From positions 1,140,001-1,172,000 of the forward strand of contig NZ_CP047960.1 in the NCBI RefSeq assembly GCF_014280195.1: 32,000 bases of DNA, written 5' to 3'. Below are positions 1-9,638 of this stretch, in pieces. Position 1 is the stretch's first letter. Each line of letters begins with the position of its first letter. Under the pieces are notes generated by a model, which ran no database searches, was not told the origin of the DNA, and was given only the letters and a program-made list of their open reading frames with translations. The stretch comes from Synechococcus sp. A15-24 (GTDB taxonomy: Bacteria > Cyanobacteriota > Cyanobacteriia > PCC-6307 > Cyanobiaceae). The position numbers were made by a program, and so were the translations under genes.

Positions 1-90
1 TGGGGTGGAGCCTGTCCACCGCATCGTGACGCGAATGCGCTGTTCTTCTGGTTGAACAAGATCCAGATGAACGTGAACGTCGCCGTTCAC
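1..90 (-). CDS. Partial open frame running off the window edge, immediately downstream of the ycf35-like gene; possibly a small DUF2997-like protein
   Basis: The reverse complement of 1..90 is open for all 30 codons. It starts at GTG 90..88, 1 nt after the ycf35-like stop. Translation is VNGDVHVHLDLVQPEEQRIRVTMRWTGSTP. Thirty residues are too few to confirm a family. The DUF2997 idea rests only on the R-I-R-V-x-x-R-x-x-G pattern and on my recollection that DUF1257 and DUF2997 genes are often neighbours. Confidence 0.25.
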   Translation of the reverse strand, partial: MNGDVHVHLDLVQPEEQRIRVTMRWTGSTP

Positions 91-91
91 C

Positions 92-442
92 TCAGAACGA
101 CTCGATGGTCATCGTCGCGGTGGATCCAAAGCAATCCATCGACTCAAGAGCAGCAAGAAGCGCATATCGCCGTGCCACCCGCTGGAGCCTTGCCTCTAGA
201 CCCTGATGGCGGGCCAGCCGTTGCAGATCACCCACCATGGTGATCACTCCATCGGATCCCAAAACCCAGCCAATGGATGGGGAACCATCAGGCAGGGAGG
301 CAAGCAGATCCACCGGATGGGACTTGCCATTGAAGGGGGCCATCACAGCACTCTTGACGACACCAAATCCTTCGTGATGCAGAGCTGCTTCCAGCAGATC
401 TGCACGTGTGTAGGCGGTCGGCAGGATGGAGAGATGGGACAT
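92..442 (-). CDS. ycf35: Ycf35 / DUF1257 family protein
   Basis: 116-aa ORF. The N-terminus MSHLSILPTAYTRADLLEAALHHEGF resembles the conserved MSHFS..K..i.d...L..AL..LG start of cyanobacterial and plastid Ycf35. Confidence 0.75.
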   Translation of the reverse strand: MSHLSILPTAYTRADLLEAALHHEGFGVVKSAVMAPFNGKSHPVDLLASLPDGSPSIGWVLGSDGVITMVGDLQRLARHQGLEARLQRVARRYALLAALESMDCFGSTATMTIESF

Positions 443-449
443 GAACTGA

Positions 450-1118
450 ATGCCCGCTTTTTCAGACCCTAGCCAGCAGATGCCATCTGACCAGGCCCTG
501 ATTCATCCATCGTCAGGAGGAGCATCCGATCTCGATCCCACGGTCAGAGTGGGCGTGATGGCATCGGGTAACGGAAGCAATTTCGAGGCCTTGGCAACAG
601 CGATCCGGGATGGACACATCAATGCCGAGATCGCTCTGTTGGTGGTGAACAACCCTGGCTGCGGTGCCCAACAACGGGCTGCACGGCTCGGCATTCCCTG
701 GCAACTGTTCAATCATCGGGACTACGACAGCCGCTCAGCACTCGACCGTGACCTGGTGCAGCGATTCCAATCGCTGGGCGTAGAAGGGATTGTGATGGCG
801 GGCTGGATGCGCATTGTCACCAACGAGTTGATTCAGGCCTTCCCAGACCGGCTGATCAACATCCATCCATCGCTTCTGCCCAGCTTCCGGGGGCTTGATG
901 GCGTCGGCCAGGCCCTCAAGGCCGGGGTCCGAGTCGCTGGTTGCACGGTTCATCTGCTTACAGAGGACCTGGATGCCGGTCCGATCCTGGTTCAGGCAGC
1001 AGTGCCGGTACTCGACGGTGACAGTCACGACAGCCTGTCCCAGCGGATTCAACAACAGGAACATCGCATCCTGCCCACTGGCCTGACGCTGGCAGCTGAT
1101 CGCTGGCGTCAGGGGTAA
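450..1118 (+). CDS. purN: Phosphoribosylglycinamide formyltransferase (GAR transformylase)
   Basis: Contains GVMASGNGSNFEAL, the INIHPSLLPSFRGL motif and the catalytic LDAGPILVQ region typical of PurN. The start is uncertain. ATG 450 lies only 7 nt from the divergent ycf35 start, and ATG 480 (MPSDQ...) is an alternative. Confidence 0.9.
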   Translation: MPAFSDPSQQMPSDQALIHPSSGGASDLDPTVRVGVMASGNGSNFEALATAIRDGHINAEIALLVVNNPGCGAQQRAARLGIPWQLFNHRDYDSRSALDRDLVQRFQSLGVEGIVMAGWMRIVTNELIQAFPDRLINIHPSLLPSFRGLDGVGQALKAGVRVAGCTVHLLTEDLDAGPILVQAAVPVLDGDSHDSLSQRIQQQEHRILPTGLTLAADRWRQG

Positions 1119-2182
1119 AAACTCTGCAAGGGAAGCCCTGTCTCCGGCGGCAGGCCATGCATCAGGTTCAGGCATTGCACCCCCTGTCCAGCCTGACCTT
1201 TGATCAGGTTGTCGATGGCGCTCATCAGGATCATCTGCCCGGTTCTTGTGTCCACCTGAACGGAGACCAACGCGCGATTGGTGTGCCGTGCCCACTTGGT
1301 GGCTGGATAGGTGCCCACCGGCAGCACGGAAACGCAGTGGTGGTGCCGATACACCGCATCGAGAACCGTTGTGCAGTCCTCAGCGGTCAGACCAGGATCC
1401 CGCAGGCGCGCGTACACCGTTGATAAGAGTCCACGCACCATCGGCACGAGATGGGCAGTGAATTGCAACCGAACATCCTGTCCAGCGACCTCCCGGGCCA
1501 TCTGTTCGATTTCCGAGGTATGCCTATGTCCGATCACGCCGTAAGGGGCAATCGACTCTGAGGCCTCTGCCAGCAACATCGTCTCTTTGGGAACACGACC
1601 GCCACCGGATGTGCCTGTTTTGGCGTCGATGACGATGCCGTCGGTGTCGATCAGGCCCTGCTTGAGGAAGGGAAGCAACGGAAGCAGGCTTGCGGTCGGG
1701 AAGCAACCGGGCGCGGCGACCAACCTGGCCTCGGCAATGGCAGGACCATGCCACTCCGGCAATCCATACACCGCCTTTCGGCAGAGGTCCGAATCGTCCC
1801 GTGAGAGACGGTTGGCCTCCTGGCCGTACACCTGACTCCACTGCTCCAGCGATCGGTAGCGAAAGTCGGCCGAGAGATCCACCACCCGCACACCTCGCTG
1901 CAGAAGCTCCGGTGCGAGTTGACAGGCCAATCCATTGGGGAGGCTGAGGACGGCATAATCCGCGGCCTCAGCGATGCGCTCAGCATCAGCGGACTGAACA
2001 ACGGGATCATCCGGCAGCGGCAGAAATGAGCAGATCGAGCTCCAGCGCCGTCCTGCACTCCGTTCTCCGCCGAGGAACGTGACGGTCAAGGACGGATGGT
2101 CCTGCAGAAGCCTGATGGTCTGCAGCCCCCCGTAGCCCGATGCACCGATCACCGCGACACGACCCTGCCCACCACCAGCCAT
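1109..2182 (-). CDS. argC: N-acetyl-gamma-glutamyl-phosphate reductase
   Basis: Contains [22 protein letters not shown] (Rossmann fold) and the active-site region APGCFPTA, and is full length relative to the ArgC family. The ORF is open up to 2227. I chose ATG 2182 ([13 protein letters not shown]) because longer starts (2215, 2227) would overlap the divergent ribBA ORF. Confidence 0.9.
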   Translation of the reverse strand: MAGGGQGRVAVIGASGYGGLQTIRLLQDHPSLTVTFLGGERSAGRRWSSICSFLPLPDDPVVQSADAERIAEAADYAVLSLPNGLACQLAPELLQRGVRVVDLSADFRYRSLEQWSQVYGQEANRLSRDDSDLCRKAVYGLPEWHGPAIAEARLVAAPGCFPTASLLPLLPFLKQGLIDTDGIVIDAKTGTSGGGRVPKETMLLAEASESIAPYGVIGHRHTSEIEQMAREVAGQDVRLQFTAHLVPMVRGLLSTVYARLRDPGLTAEDCTTVLDAVYRHHHCVSVLPVGTYPATKWARHTNRALVSVQVDTRTGQMILMSAIDNLIKGQAGQGVQCLNLMHGLPPETGLPLQSFYP

Positions 2183-2255
2183 CTCGGCGATTCGTGACGC
2201 AGTGCTGCTTGCCATGGCGACGTCCAACCAACAGTTGATCGTACAGAGATTGATA

Positions 2256-3917
2256 ATGATGGAATTGCAGAACGGCAGACTTCTGAACTCCAGTTACCAG
2301 CATCAGCAGGACGATCCGATCCGCTTCGATGACATCGCCGAGGCGTTGGCCGCCATTCGCAATGGTGCCTGTGTGGTGGTGGTCGATGACGAGCAGCGTG
2401 AAAACGAAGGCGATCTGATCTGCGCCGCTCAGTTCGCCACACCGGAAGCGATCAATTTCATGGCGACCGAGGCCCGCGGGCTGATCTGTCTGGCCATGGA
2501 GGGGAAGCGGCTTGACGAGCTCGATCTCCCCCTCATGGTGGACCGCAACACCGATGCCAACGAAACGGCCTTCACGGTGAGCATCGATGCGGGAGCTGAG
2601 CACGGCGTCAGCACTGGAATCTCTGCGGAGGATCGTGCACGGACGATTCAGGTTGCCCTCAATCCCAAGACGCGACCTGCTGAGCTGCGACGGCCGGGAC
2701 ACATTTTTCCGCTGCGGGCCAAGCCCGGCGGCGTGCTGAAACGCGCCGGACATACGGAAGCAGCAGTTGACCTGGCCCAGCTGGCGGGGCTTACCCCCTC
2801 CGGCGTGATCTGCGAGATCCAGAACAGCGATGGCTCGATGGCCCGTCTGCCGGAACTGAGGGCTTACGCCGATACCTGGGGATTGAAGCTGATCAGCATC
2901 GCTGAACTGATCCGTTACCGGCTGGACAACGAACGGTTTGTGCAACGGCAGGCCCATGCGGAACTGCCGAGTCAGTTCGGTTCGTTCCAGGCCATCGGCT
3001 ACTGCAATGAACTGGATGGCTCGGAACATGTGGCTCTCGTCAAAGGTGACCCGGCCTCCCTGCATGAACCGGTGCTGGTGCGGATGCATTCGGAATGCCT
3101 AACCGGTGATGCTTTCGGATCCCTGCGCTGCGACTGCCGCCCTCAGCTGGAAGCAGCACTCCGCCAAATCGAACGTGAGGGGGAAGGTGTGGTGGTTTAT
3201 CTACGACAGGAGGGGCGCGGCATCGGTCTGATCAACAAACTTCGCGCCTACAGCCTTCAGGATGGAGGCCTGGACACTGTTGAAGCCAACGAACGGCTGG
3301 GGTTCCCTGCCGACCTGCGCAACTACGGGGTGGGGGCGCAGATCCTCTCGGATCTCGGCATCCATCGCTTGCGACTGCTGACCAACAACCCCCGCAAGAT
3401 CGCTGGGCTCGGGGGCTATGGACTTCAGGTGGAAGAACGGGTTCCCCTGGTGATGGATGCCGGTGATCACAACGCCGACTATCTGGCTGCCAAGCGCGAC
3501 AAACTCGGCCATCTCATTTGCAGCGATGGTCCCTGCACCTTTCTCGCCCTTGCGGTGAACGATCGAAGCGAGAGCCTGCCCTCGATCCGCTCCCGTGTGG
3601 AAGATCTCGCTGAGACCCATGGCCAATCGCTGGAAGCCCTGCACGAGCCACGATTGCTGGCGCTCTGGGACCGTCCCCAGTTCGTCTGGAAGCTGACGCC
3701 GGAGGTGGATGCTCCGCTGGCACTGCTGCAGTCGATTGCCCAGCTGGAGTCCACACAACGCATTGGACTGCTTCGCGTCAGCACCGAGCGCAGTGCGCTC
3801 CACCCATCACAAACATTGGAACGGGAAGAGCGTTCCTTGGTTGAGCTCATCCAGACCAATGGGGACGAACGTCTGACGCAACGTCCGTCCCTCATGCATT
3901 GGTCAGCCAGGCACTGA
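2256..3917 (+). CDS. ribBA: Bifunctional 3,4-dihydroxy-2-butanone-4-phosphate synthase / GTP cyclohydrolase II, with a C-terminal extension
   Basis: DHBP synthase motifs: [19 protein letters not shown] and [16 protein letters not shown] cyclohydrolase II motifs: [23 protein letters not shown] and [14 protein letters not shown]. The ORF is open from 2202. ATG 2256 was chosen to avoid a divergent overlap with argC. Confidence 0.92.
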   Translation: MMELQNGRLLNSSYQHQQDDPIRFDDIAEALAAIRNGACVVVVDDEQRENEGDLICAAQFATPEAINFMATEARGLICLAMEGKRLDELDLPLMVDRNTDANETAFTVSIDAGAEHGVSTGISAEDRARTIQVALNPKTRPAELRRPGHIFPLRAKPGGVLKRAGHTEAAVDLAQLAGLTPSGVICEIQNSDGSMARLPELRAYADTWGLKLISIAELIRYRLDNERFVQRQAHAELPSQFGSFQAIGYCNELDGSEHVALVKGDPASLHEPVLVRMHSECLTGDAFGSLRCDCRPQLEAALRQIEREGEGVVVYLRQEGRGIGLINKLRAYSLQDGGLDTVEANERLGFPADLRNYGVGAQILSDLGIHRLRLLTNNPRKIAGLGGYGLQVEERVPLVMDAGDHNADYLAAKRDKLGHLICSDGPCTFLALAVNDRSESLPSIRSRVEDLAETHGQSLEALHEPRLLALWDRPQFVWKLTPEVDAPLALLQSIAQLESTQRIGLLRVSTERSALHPSQTLEREERSLVELIQTNGDERLTQRPSLMHWSARH

Positions 3918-4358
3918 TCAGTCCTGAATGGTCACCTTGTTGATCTTGGATCCGTTGCTGAGCTTCAGAATCACATCCATGTTTCCGGTATGACCGAACA
4001 CTGTGTGCACGCCATCCAGATGGGGCTGTGCTTCGTGGCAGATATAAAACTGTGAGCCACCGGTGTTGCGACCGGCATGGGCCATGGCCAGGGTGCCGGC
4101 CTGGTGCTTCTGGCCATTGATTTCGCAATCGATCTGATAGCCGGGGCCACCGGTGCCGGCCATGCCACGCGCACCCTCTCGGCTGTTGGGGCATCCACCC
4201 TGAGCCATGAAACCGGGGATGACCCGGTGGAAGGCGAGGCCGTCATAGAAGCCGTCCTTGGCCAGTTTCACGAAATTGGCCACCGTGTTGGGAGCGTCGG
4301 ACTCAAACAGCTCGAGCTCGATCTGCCCTGCGTCGGTGTCCATCAGAGCCTTGGTCAT
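3918..4358 (-). CDS. Cyclophilin-type peptidyl-prolyl cis-trans isomerase
   Basis: Contains [21 protein letters not shown] and [19 protein letters not shown], both cyclophilin signatures. The ORF is open to 4433. The internal ATG at 4358 ([18 protein letters not shown]) gives the usual length of about 146 aa and removes the overlap with mtnP. Confidence 0.9.
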   Translation of the reverse strand: MTKALMDTDAGQIELELFESDAPNTVANFVKLAKDGFYDGLAFHRVIPGFMAQGGCPNSREGARGMAGTGGPGYQIDCEINGQKHQAGTLAMAHAGRNTGGSQFYICHEAQPHLDGVHTVFGHTGNMDVILKLSNGSKINKVTIQD

Positions 4359-4398
4359 GGTGGCGCGAGCAAAATTGGAGTGTAGTGAGAGGCCTTCC

Positions 4399-5298
4399 AT
4401 GCCCGACCTCAGCAACGCCCGTGTTGGTGTCATCGGCGGCAGCGGTCTTTACGCCATTCCTGGGCTCGACCAGGTGGAGGAACTGAGCCTCGACACGCCG
4501 TTCGGGCGTCCCTCCGATGTTCTCAGGATGGGGACGTTGCAGGGCATGGAGACGGTGTTTCTGGCCCGTCACGGTCGCCATCACCAGTTGTTGCCTCGCG
4601 AGATTCCTTACCAGGCGAACATCTGGGCCATGCGTCAGCTCAACGTTCGCTGGCTGATCTCAGTGTCGGCAGTGGGGTCGCTGCAGGAGCACCTGCGCCC
4701 GCGGGACATGGTGGTGCCGGATCAGTTCATTGATCGGACCCAACAACGACCTCAGTCGTTCTTTGGTGATGGCTGCGTCGCCCACGTGAGCCTGGCGGAT
4801 CCGTTCTGCCCCCGATTGAGCGAACTCCTGGCGGAGGCTGCAGCCTCGGCGATGCCGGCCGGCCACCACCTTCATCGTGGTGGCACATACCTCTGTATGG
4901 AGGGCCCTGCGTTCTCAACGCGAGCCGAAAGCCTGCTGTACCGAAGCTGGGGATGCTCCGTGATCGGCATGACCAATCACACCGAAGCGCGACTGGCTCG
5001 GGAAGCTGAGCTCGCCTACGCCTCTCTCTCGATGGTCACCGACTTCGATTGCTGGCACAACGACCATGACGCCGTCAGCGTTGAGATGGTGGTCGGCAAC
5101 CTCAAGGCCAACGCCGTGGCCACAGAACCGATCCTCAATCGGCTGATGTTGAGCCTCAAGGAGCAACGACCCAGTTCAGCCGCGCACACGGCCCTGGCCG
5201 ACGCCTTGATCACGGCCCCCGAACACGTGCTGCCTAAGACGCGCGAGCGTCTGAATCTCTTCACGCGGCCCTACTGGGGCTCATTCCCTCAGGATTGA
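4399..5298 (+). CDS. mtnP: S-methyl-5'-thioadenosine phosphorylase
   Basis: Contains [19 protein letters not shown] and [23 protein letters not shown], typical of the MTAP/PNP family. The start was set at ATG 4399 ([16 protein letters not shown]). The 47 upstream codons of the ORF overlap the PPIase gene and look non-coding. Confidence 0.9.
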   Translation: MPDLSNARVGVIGGSGLYAIPGLDQVEELSLDTPFGRPSDVLRMGTLQGMETVFLARHGRHHQLLPREIPYQANIWAMRQLNVRWLISVSAVGSLQEHLRPRDMVVPDQFIDRTQQRPQSFFGDGCVAHVSLADPFCPRLSELLAEAAASAMPAGHHLHRGGTYLCMEGPAFSTRAESLLYRSWGCSVIGMTNHTEARLAREAELAYASLSMVTDFDCWHNDHDAVSVEMVVGNLKANAVATEPILNRLMLSLKEQRPSSAAHTALADALITAPEHVLPKTRERLNLFTRPYWGSFPQD

Positions 5299-6239
5299 GC
5301 CAGTTTAAGTCCCTGACTGGCCAGGGCCTGGCGAAGCTGACCGTCGTGGGTCTGGAGCAACTCCATCGCCTCACTCGACGGAAGGCCACTGCTGGCCATG
5401 AGCAAGGCCAGCTTGACCGAACCACCCGCCTGATCCAGTAAGACGAGGCCGTCATCCCGCTCAACACCACCAAGGTCCCGAAGGATTCTCAGGGATCGGT
5501 CCACCAGCTTGCTGTTGCTGGCGGAAACATCCACCATCCGGTTGCCGAACACCTTGCCTAGCCGAACCATGACGGCGGTGGAGATGATGTTCAAGGCCAT
5601 TTTGGTGGCGGTTCCAGCCTTGAGCCGTGTGGAACCGGTGAGGAGTTCAGGCCCCGTCAGCAGACGGATGTCGATGTCGCAGGGGAGTGGAGACTGATCG
5701 CTCGGTACACAGGCCATGGCAATGGCCAGAGCACCGATGCTGCGGGCATGGCTGAGGCCACCCCGCACGTACGGCGTCGTGCCGCCAGCGGCAATGCCGA
5801 CAAGACAGTCCCCGGTATTGAAACCGCGCTGATCGAGATCCTCTCGACCGGCGGCCTCCAGATCCTCTAGTCCCTCGGAACTGCGCAGCAGTGCGGGGGC
5901 ACCACCAGCCAGCACGCCTTGAACCATCTCCGGATCACTGCAGAAGGTTGGAGGGCATTCAGCGGCATCCAGCACACCGAGCCGCCCTGACGTTCCCGCC
6001 CCCAGATAAAACAATCGGCCACCAGCCTTGAGTCGGGATGCGATGCAATCAACAGCCGCACTGATCGATGCCGAAGCGTCCGCTACGGCTTGTTGAGGGC
6101 AGCGATCCTCCTCCACGAACAACGTCACCAGCTCGGCTGTGTCGAGCAGATCCAGGGCGGTGCTTCTGGGATTGGGCTGCTCAGTGATCAGGTGGCCGCG
6201 ATCGGCCGAGACGGCAGCGTCGGATTGGAAACGAGTCAT
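5289..6239 (-). CDS. murQ: N-acetylmuramic acid 6-phosphate etherase
   Basis: Contains TEQPNPRSTALD and the SIS domain GRLFYLGAGTSGRLGVLDAAECPPTF, with MurQ-like length (316 aa). Confidence 0.9.
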   Translation of the reverse strand: MTRFQSDAAVSADRGHLITEQPNPRSTALDLLDTAELVTLFVEEDRCPQQAVADASASISAAVDCIASRLKAGGRLFYLGAGTSGRLGVLDAAECPPTFCSDPEMVQGVLAGGAPALLRSSEGLEDLEAAGREDLDQRGFNTGDCLVGIAAGGTTPYVRGGLSHARSIGALAIAMACVPSDQSPLPCDIDIRLLTGPELLTGSTRLKAGTATKMALNIISTAVMVRLGKVFGNRMVDVSASNSKLVDRSLRILRDLGGVERDDGLVLLDQAGGSVKLALLMASSGLPSSEAMELLQTHDGQLRQALASQGLKLAQS

Positions 6240-6242
6240 CGT

Positions 6243-6638
6243 TTAAAGCAACCCCTCAAGACGTTTGCGCAGAGCGTCGAGTTCGCTGGATATGGACGGC
6301 TCAGGCTCGGGGAGCGACTCCTCGTCCTTCCACTGACTCACATCACGGTTGGCTTCCGGAGGTGCCATGAACAACCGCTCTTCGTCGGATTCAGGGACAA
6401 AGCCGGAGGCGACAAAGCGAGCTTCATATCCAGCGTCACGACAGAACAGCTCCACGTCTTCACGGTCTAGTGATTCAACGGTTGGTACCAGAAAGTCCTG
6501 GGCTTCGAGCAATCCTGCGTAGCGCTCGGCGTCATCGGGGTTCTCGAACAGGAGCACCACCGTCCGACCGGCAATCTCAAGCGAGTGGATCCCCTCACTG
6601 TCACTGCCGGCATCGAACAGAAGCACGTTGACGCGCAT
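6243..6638 (-). CDS. DUF3110 family protein (cyanobacterial/plastid conserved hypothetical)
   Basis: MRVNVLLFDAGSDSEGIHSLEIAGRTVVLLFENPDDAERYAGLLEAQDF matches my recollection of the DUF3110 pattern, with an acidic C-terminus. The start was set at the internal ATG 6638; the ORF is open to 6680. Confidence 0.7.
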   Translation of the reverse strand: MRVNVLLFDAGSDSEGIHSLEIAGRTVVLLFENPDDAERYAGLLEAQDFLVPTVESLDREDVELFCRDAGYEARFVASGFVPESDEERLFMAPPEANRDVSQWKDEESLPEPEPSISSELDALRKRLEGLL

Positions 6639-6688
6639 CGCGGGGAACACTCGATCCTCAACAGAGCCGGAGTCTCTCATCGATCGCT

Positions 6689-7588
6689 TCAGCCGTCCTC
6701 CGCCTCCAGGGCGAGTTCCTGCAGTCGGCGATAGAGAGCCCGTTCCGCATCGCCGAGGTCAGCGGGAATGACCACCACAATCTCCACCAGCTGATCACCG
6801 CGACGGTCATCCAGCTCAAGGCCCCGCCCACGCAGACGCAGCAATCTTCCACTGGACGAACCCGGCGGAACCTGGAGGGTTACCGGCCCATCCAAGGTTG
6901 GCACATCCACAGCGCAGCCGAGGGCCGCATCCGGGGGGAACAACAACAACTTGTAGTGCACCCGAAGGCCATCAATGCGCAGACCGTCGTCCGTGAGCAC
7001 CCGCAGCTGCAGGAAGTGATCGCGCCCTCCGCTGGCAACGCCCTCGAGCCGCAACCTCCAGCCATCTCCAGCCAGGGGAGGGGTGTCGAGTTCCACGACC
7101 GTTCCATCTTCAAGGTTGAGCTCAACAGTGGTGCCGTGCAGCGCCTGTTCCGGCGTCAGCTCCACGATCGACTCGAGATCCTCCTCGGCCCGAACGGGAG
7201 GCGGCGGTGGTGGTGCCGCGACAGGGGGTCCCTCCCATGAACCGGGATCGTTCGCATCGGGAGGGGGCGTCTCAGACCGACGCGACGGCTGGCCAAGCAC
7301 CACCTCGAGATAGTCCTCGAAATCTGGGAACCCTTGTTCAAATGGGTCTCGATCACGCCGTCCTTCTCGATCACCCTGCTCCCAGGCCCGGCGGCGGCGG
7401 GGATCACTGAGCACGGCATAGGCCTCATTGACCAGCTTGAACCGCTCCTCGGCAACGGGATCGTTGCCGTTGAGGTCCGGATGCCAACGGCGCGCTTCCC
7501 GACGGAAGGCCCGTTTCAACTGGTCGGCATCCGCCTCCGGACCTAAACCAAGCAGCGACCAGTAATCAGGATCAGCGGTAGAAGTCAT
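6689..7588 (-). CDS. J-domain co-chaperone (DnaJ-like, no zinc-finger region)
   Basis: J domain: DYWSLLGLGPEADADQLKRAFRREARRWHPDLNGNDPVAEERFKLVNEAYAVLSDP, including the HPD tripeptide. This is followed by a Pro-rich linker (PPVAAPPPPPPV) and a DnaJ C-terminal-like beta domain. No CxxCxGxG repeats are present. ATG 7588 or 7603; either start overlaps the 3' end of the upstream DnaK paralog. Confidence 0.88.
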   Translation of the reverse strand: MTSTADPDYWSLLGLGPEADADQLKRAFRREARRWHPDLNGNDPVAEERFKLVNEAYAVLSDPRRRRAWEQGDREGRRDRDPFEQGFPDFEDYLEVVLGQPSRRSETPPPDANDPGSWEGPPVAAPPPPPPVRAEEDLESIVELTPEQALHGTTVELNLEDGTVVELDTPPLAGDGWRLRLEGVASGGRDHFLQLRVLTDDGLRIDGLRVHYKLLLFPPDAALGCAVDVPTLDGPVTLQVPPGSSSGRLLRLRGRGLELDDRRGDQLVEIVVVIPADLGDAERALYRRLQELALEAEDG

Positions 7589-9560
7589 CGTCCCAGGGAT
7601 CACGATCCCGGCGGTTCATGCTGCGTCCCCGTGGTGGACCACTCGGGGCTGCCCAGGGATCATCGTCCCAGTCATCAGCGAACAACTCGTCCTTAAGTGA
7701 GCCAAGCGTGTTGCGCAACCCCTGAAGCGGCCGTCCATCGGACTGACGCTCTGCCGAGAGGCGCCGATTCAGACCGAACAAAGCTTCCTCCAGGCCACTG
7801 AGGCACAGATCCAGCTCCTGCAGATCATCCTGAGCAAGACAATCCTGCACATCACGCATCGCCATCTCAACAGCGCGCTGCTGACGTTCCGCCCCGTAGG
7901 GCCCCAGTTCAAGGGCGGCATCACGCAGTCGACGTTCCGCCTGGGCGACGAGCGTCTGGGCACGGTTGCGGCGTTCAATCTGGTTGCGCTTGCGGCGGTC
8001 CTCATCCGCCCGGGCTTCCGCTTCGGCAAGCAGTGCGGTGACTTCATCCTCGTTGAGGTTGGATCCTCCTTGAATCGACACCGACTGCTTTCTGCCGGTG
8101 GTGCGGTCCGTGGCACTCACCTGCAGCAGCCCGTTGGCATCGATGTCAAAAGCCACCTGAACCTGCGGGACACCACGGGGCGCTGGCGGAATTCCAGACA
8201 GCCGGAAACGCCCGAGTGATTTGTTGTCCGAGGCCATCTGCCGCTCGCCTTGCCAGACGTGGATCTCCACCGAGGACTGATTCGGCTCCGACGTGCTGAA
8301 CACATCGGACTGGCGCACAGGAATCGGGGTGTTGCGCGGGATCAACACCTTCATCAGACCACCGACGGTCTCCAGCCCCAGGGAGAGAGGTGTGACGTCG
8401 TTCAGCAAGAGATCCCGCAGTTCCCCTGTGAGGATGCCGGCCTGAACGGCGGCGCCGATGGCCACCACTTCATCGGGGTTCACCGATTGGCAGGGATCAA
8501 GCGGCACAAGGGTGCGCACCAGCTGCTGAACCATGGGCATGCGGGTGGCACCTCCCACAAGCACCACATCATCAATGTCATCCGCAGCCCAGCCGGAGTC
8601 GCGCAACGCGCTCTGGACGGGCATCAACAGACGATCGAGCAGGTCTGGGCAAAGACCTTCAAACGTGCTGCGATCAAGATTGGTCTCCACGTGCAGCGGG
8701 CCGTTCTCACCCGTTGCGATGAACGGAAGAGATATCGGTGTTGTGAGAACGCCGGACAGTTCCTGCTTGGCCTTTTCAGCCGCTTCGGTCAGGCGTTGAA
8801 GGGCCTGGCGGTCTCGCCGCAGATTCACCCCATGCTCAGCCTGAAAGGCATCAGCGATCCAGTCCACGATCCGCTGATCAAAATCATTGCCACCCAACTG
8901 TGTATCCCCATTGGTGGCCTTGACGTCAAAAACTCCGTTTGCGATCCGGAGCAACGACACATCGAACGTGCCACCACCCAGGTCAAACACCAGAACGCGA
9001 CGAACGGCGCTGCGATCGAAGCCATAGGCCAGTGCAGCAGCAGTGGGTTCATTGAGGATGCGCTCAACGGAGATGCCGGCCAAACGACCGGCGTCGCGGG
9101 TGGCTTGGCGTTGGGCGTCGTTGAAATAAGCCGGAACCGTGACGACTGCCGCTTCGACGGTCTCGCCCAGGTAAGTGCTGGCATCGTCCACAAGCTTGCG
9201 AATGATGCTGGCCACCAGCTCCTCTGGCGCATATTCCCGTTCCGTCACTGGGCAGGGCACGCGCACCTGACCTCGGTCATTGGCACGGACCGTGTAAGGC
9301 ACGGCAAGGCTGCTGTCCTCCAGTTCCTCCCAGTCGCGTCCCACGAAACGCTTGAGGTTGGAGAAGGTGTTGCGAGGGCTCAGCACCAGCTGACGTCTCG
9401 CCAGCTGTCCCACCAGCAGTTCCTGGTCTTTGCTGTAACCAACCACTGATGGGGTGGTCCTGCCACCCTCGGCATTGGCAATCACGTGAGGGCGGCCTGC
9501 CTCCAGAACGGCAACAACCGAGTTCGTGGTCCCCAGATCGATCCCGACGATCCGCCCCAT
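7572..9560 (-). CDS. dnaK: Hsp70 chaperone, DnaK paralog with a divergent C-terminal tail (DnaK3-like)
   Basis: Contains [25 protein letters not shown] and [13 protein letters not shown], which are Hsp70 signatures. Total length is 662 aa, with a non-canonical Asp/Trp-rich C-terminus. Confidence 0.93.
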   Translation of the reverse strand: MGRIVGIDLGTTNSVVAVLEAGRPHVIANAEGGRTTPSVVGYSKDQELLVGQLARRQLVLSPRNTFSNLKRFVGRDWEELEDSSLAVPYTVRANDRGQVRVPCPVTEREYAPEELVASIIRKLVDDASTYLGETVEAAVVTVPAYFNDAQRQATRDAGRLAGISVERILNEPTAAALAYGFDRSAVRRVLVFDLGGGTFDVSLLRIANGVFDVKATNGDTQLGGNDFDQRIVDWIADAFQAEHGVNLRRDRQALQRLTEAAEKAKQELSGVLTTPISLPFIATGENGPLHVETNLDRSTFEGLCPDLLDRLLMPVQSALRDSGWAADDIDDVVLVGGATRMPMVQQLVRTLVPLDPCQSVNPDEVVAIGAAVQAGILTGELRDLLLNDVTPLSLGLETVGGLMKVLIPRNTPIPVRQSDVFSTSEPNQSSVEIHVWQGERQMASDNKSLGRFRLSGIPPAPRGVPQVQVAFDIDANGLLQVSATDRTTGRKQSVSIQGGSNLNEDEVTALLAEAEARADEDRRKRNQIERRNRAQTLVAQAERRLRDAALELGPYGAERQQRAVEMAMRDVQDCLAQDDLQELDLCLSGLEEALFGLNRRLSAERQSDGRPLQGLRNTLGSLKDELFADDWDDDPWAAPSGPPRGRSMNRRDRDPWDDDFYR

Positions 9561-9638
9561 ACGTCCAAAACCTGTCGCTCCACGCTAACGGCATCGACCA
9601 GCCCACATGCTCAGATCAACGTCCAGCAGAGGAATGTC

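Noticed and set aside
2007-3089. 360-aa minus-strand ORF overlapping ribBA and the argC 5' end
   Set aside because: It is a shadow ORF antisense to the unmistakable DHBP synthase domain of ribBA. It has no motifs and a biased composition.
4258-4433. Extended N-termini of the mtnP ORF (from 4258) and the cyclophilin ORF (to 4433), which would overlap divergently by 176 nt
   Set aside because: The internal ATGs at 4399 and 4358 give family-typical N-termini ([16 protein letters not shown] and [18 protein letters not shown]) and remove the overlap. The extensions have no homologous content that I recognise.
8250-9449. 399-aa plus-strand ORF inside the DnaK paralog gene
   Set aside because: It is antisense to canonical Hsp70 signatures and shows a typical shadow-ORF composition rich in His, Gln, Arg and Gly.
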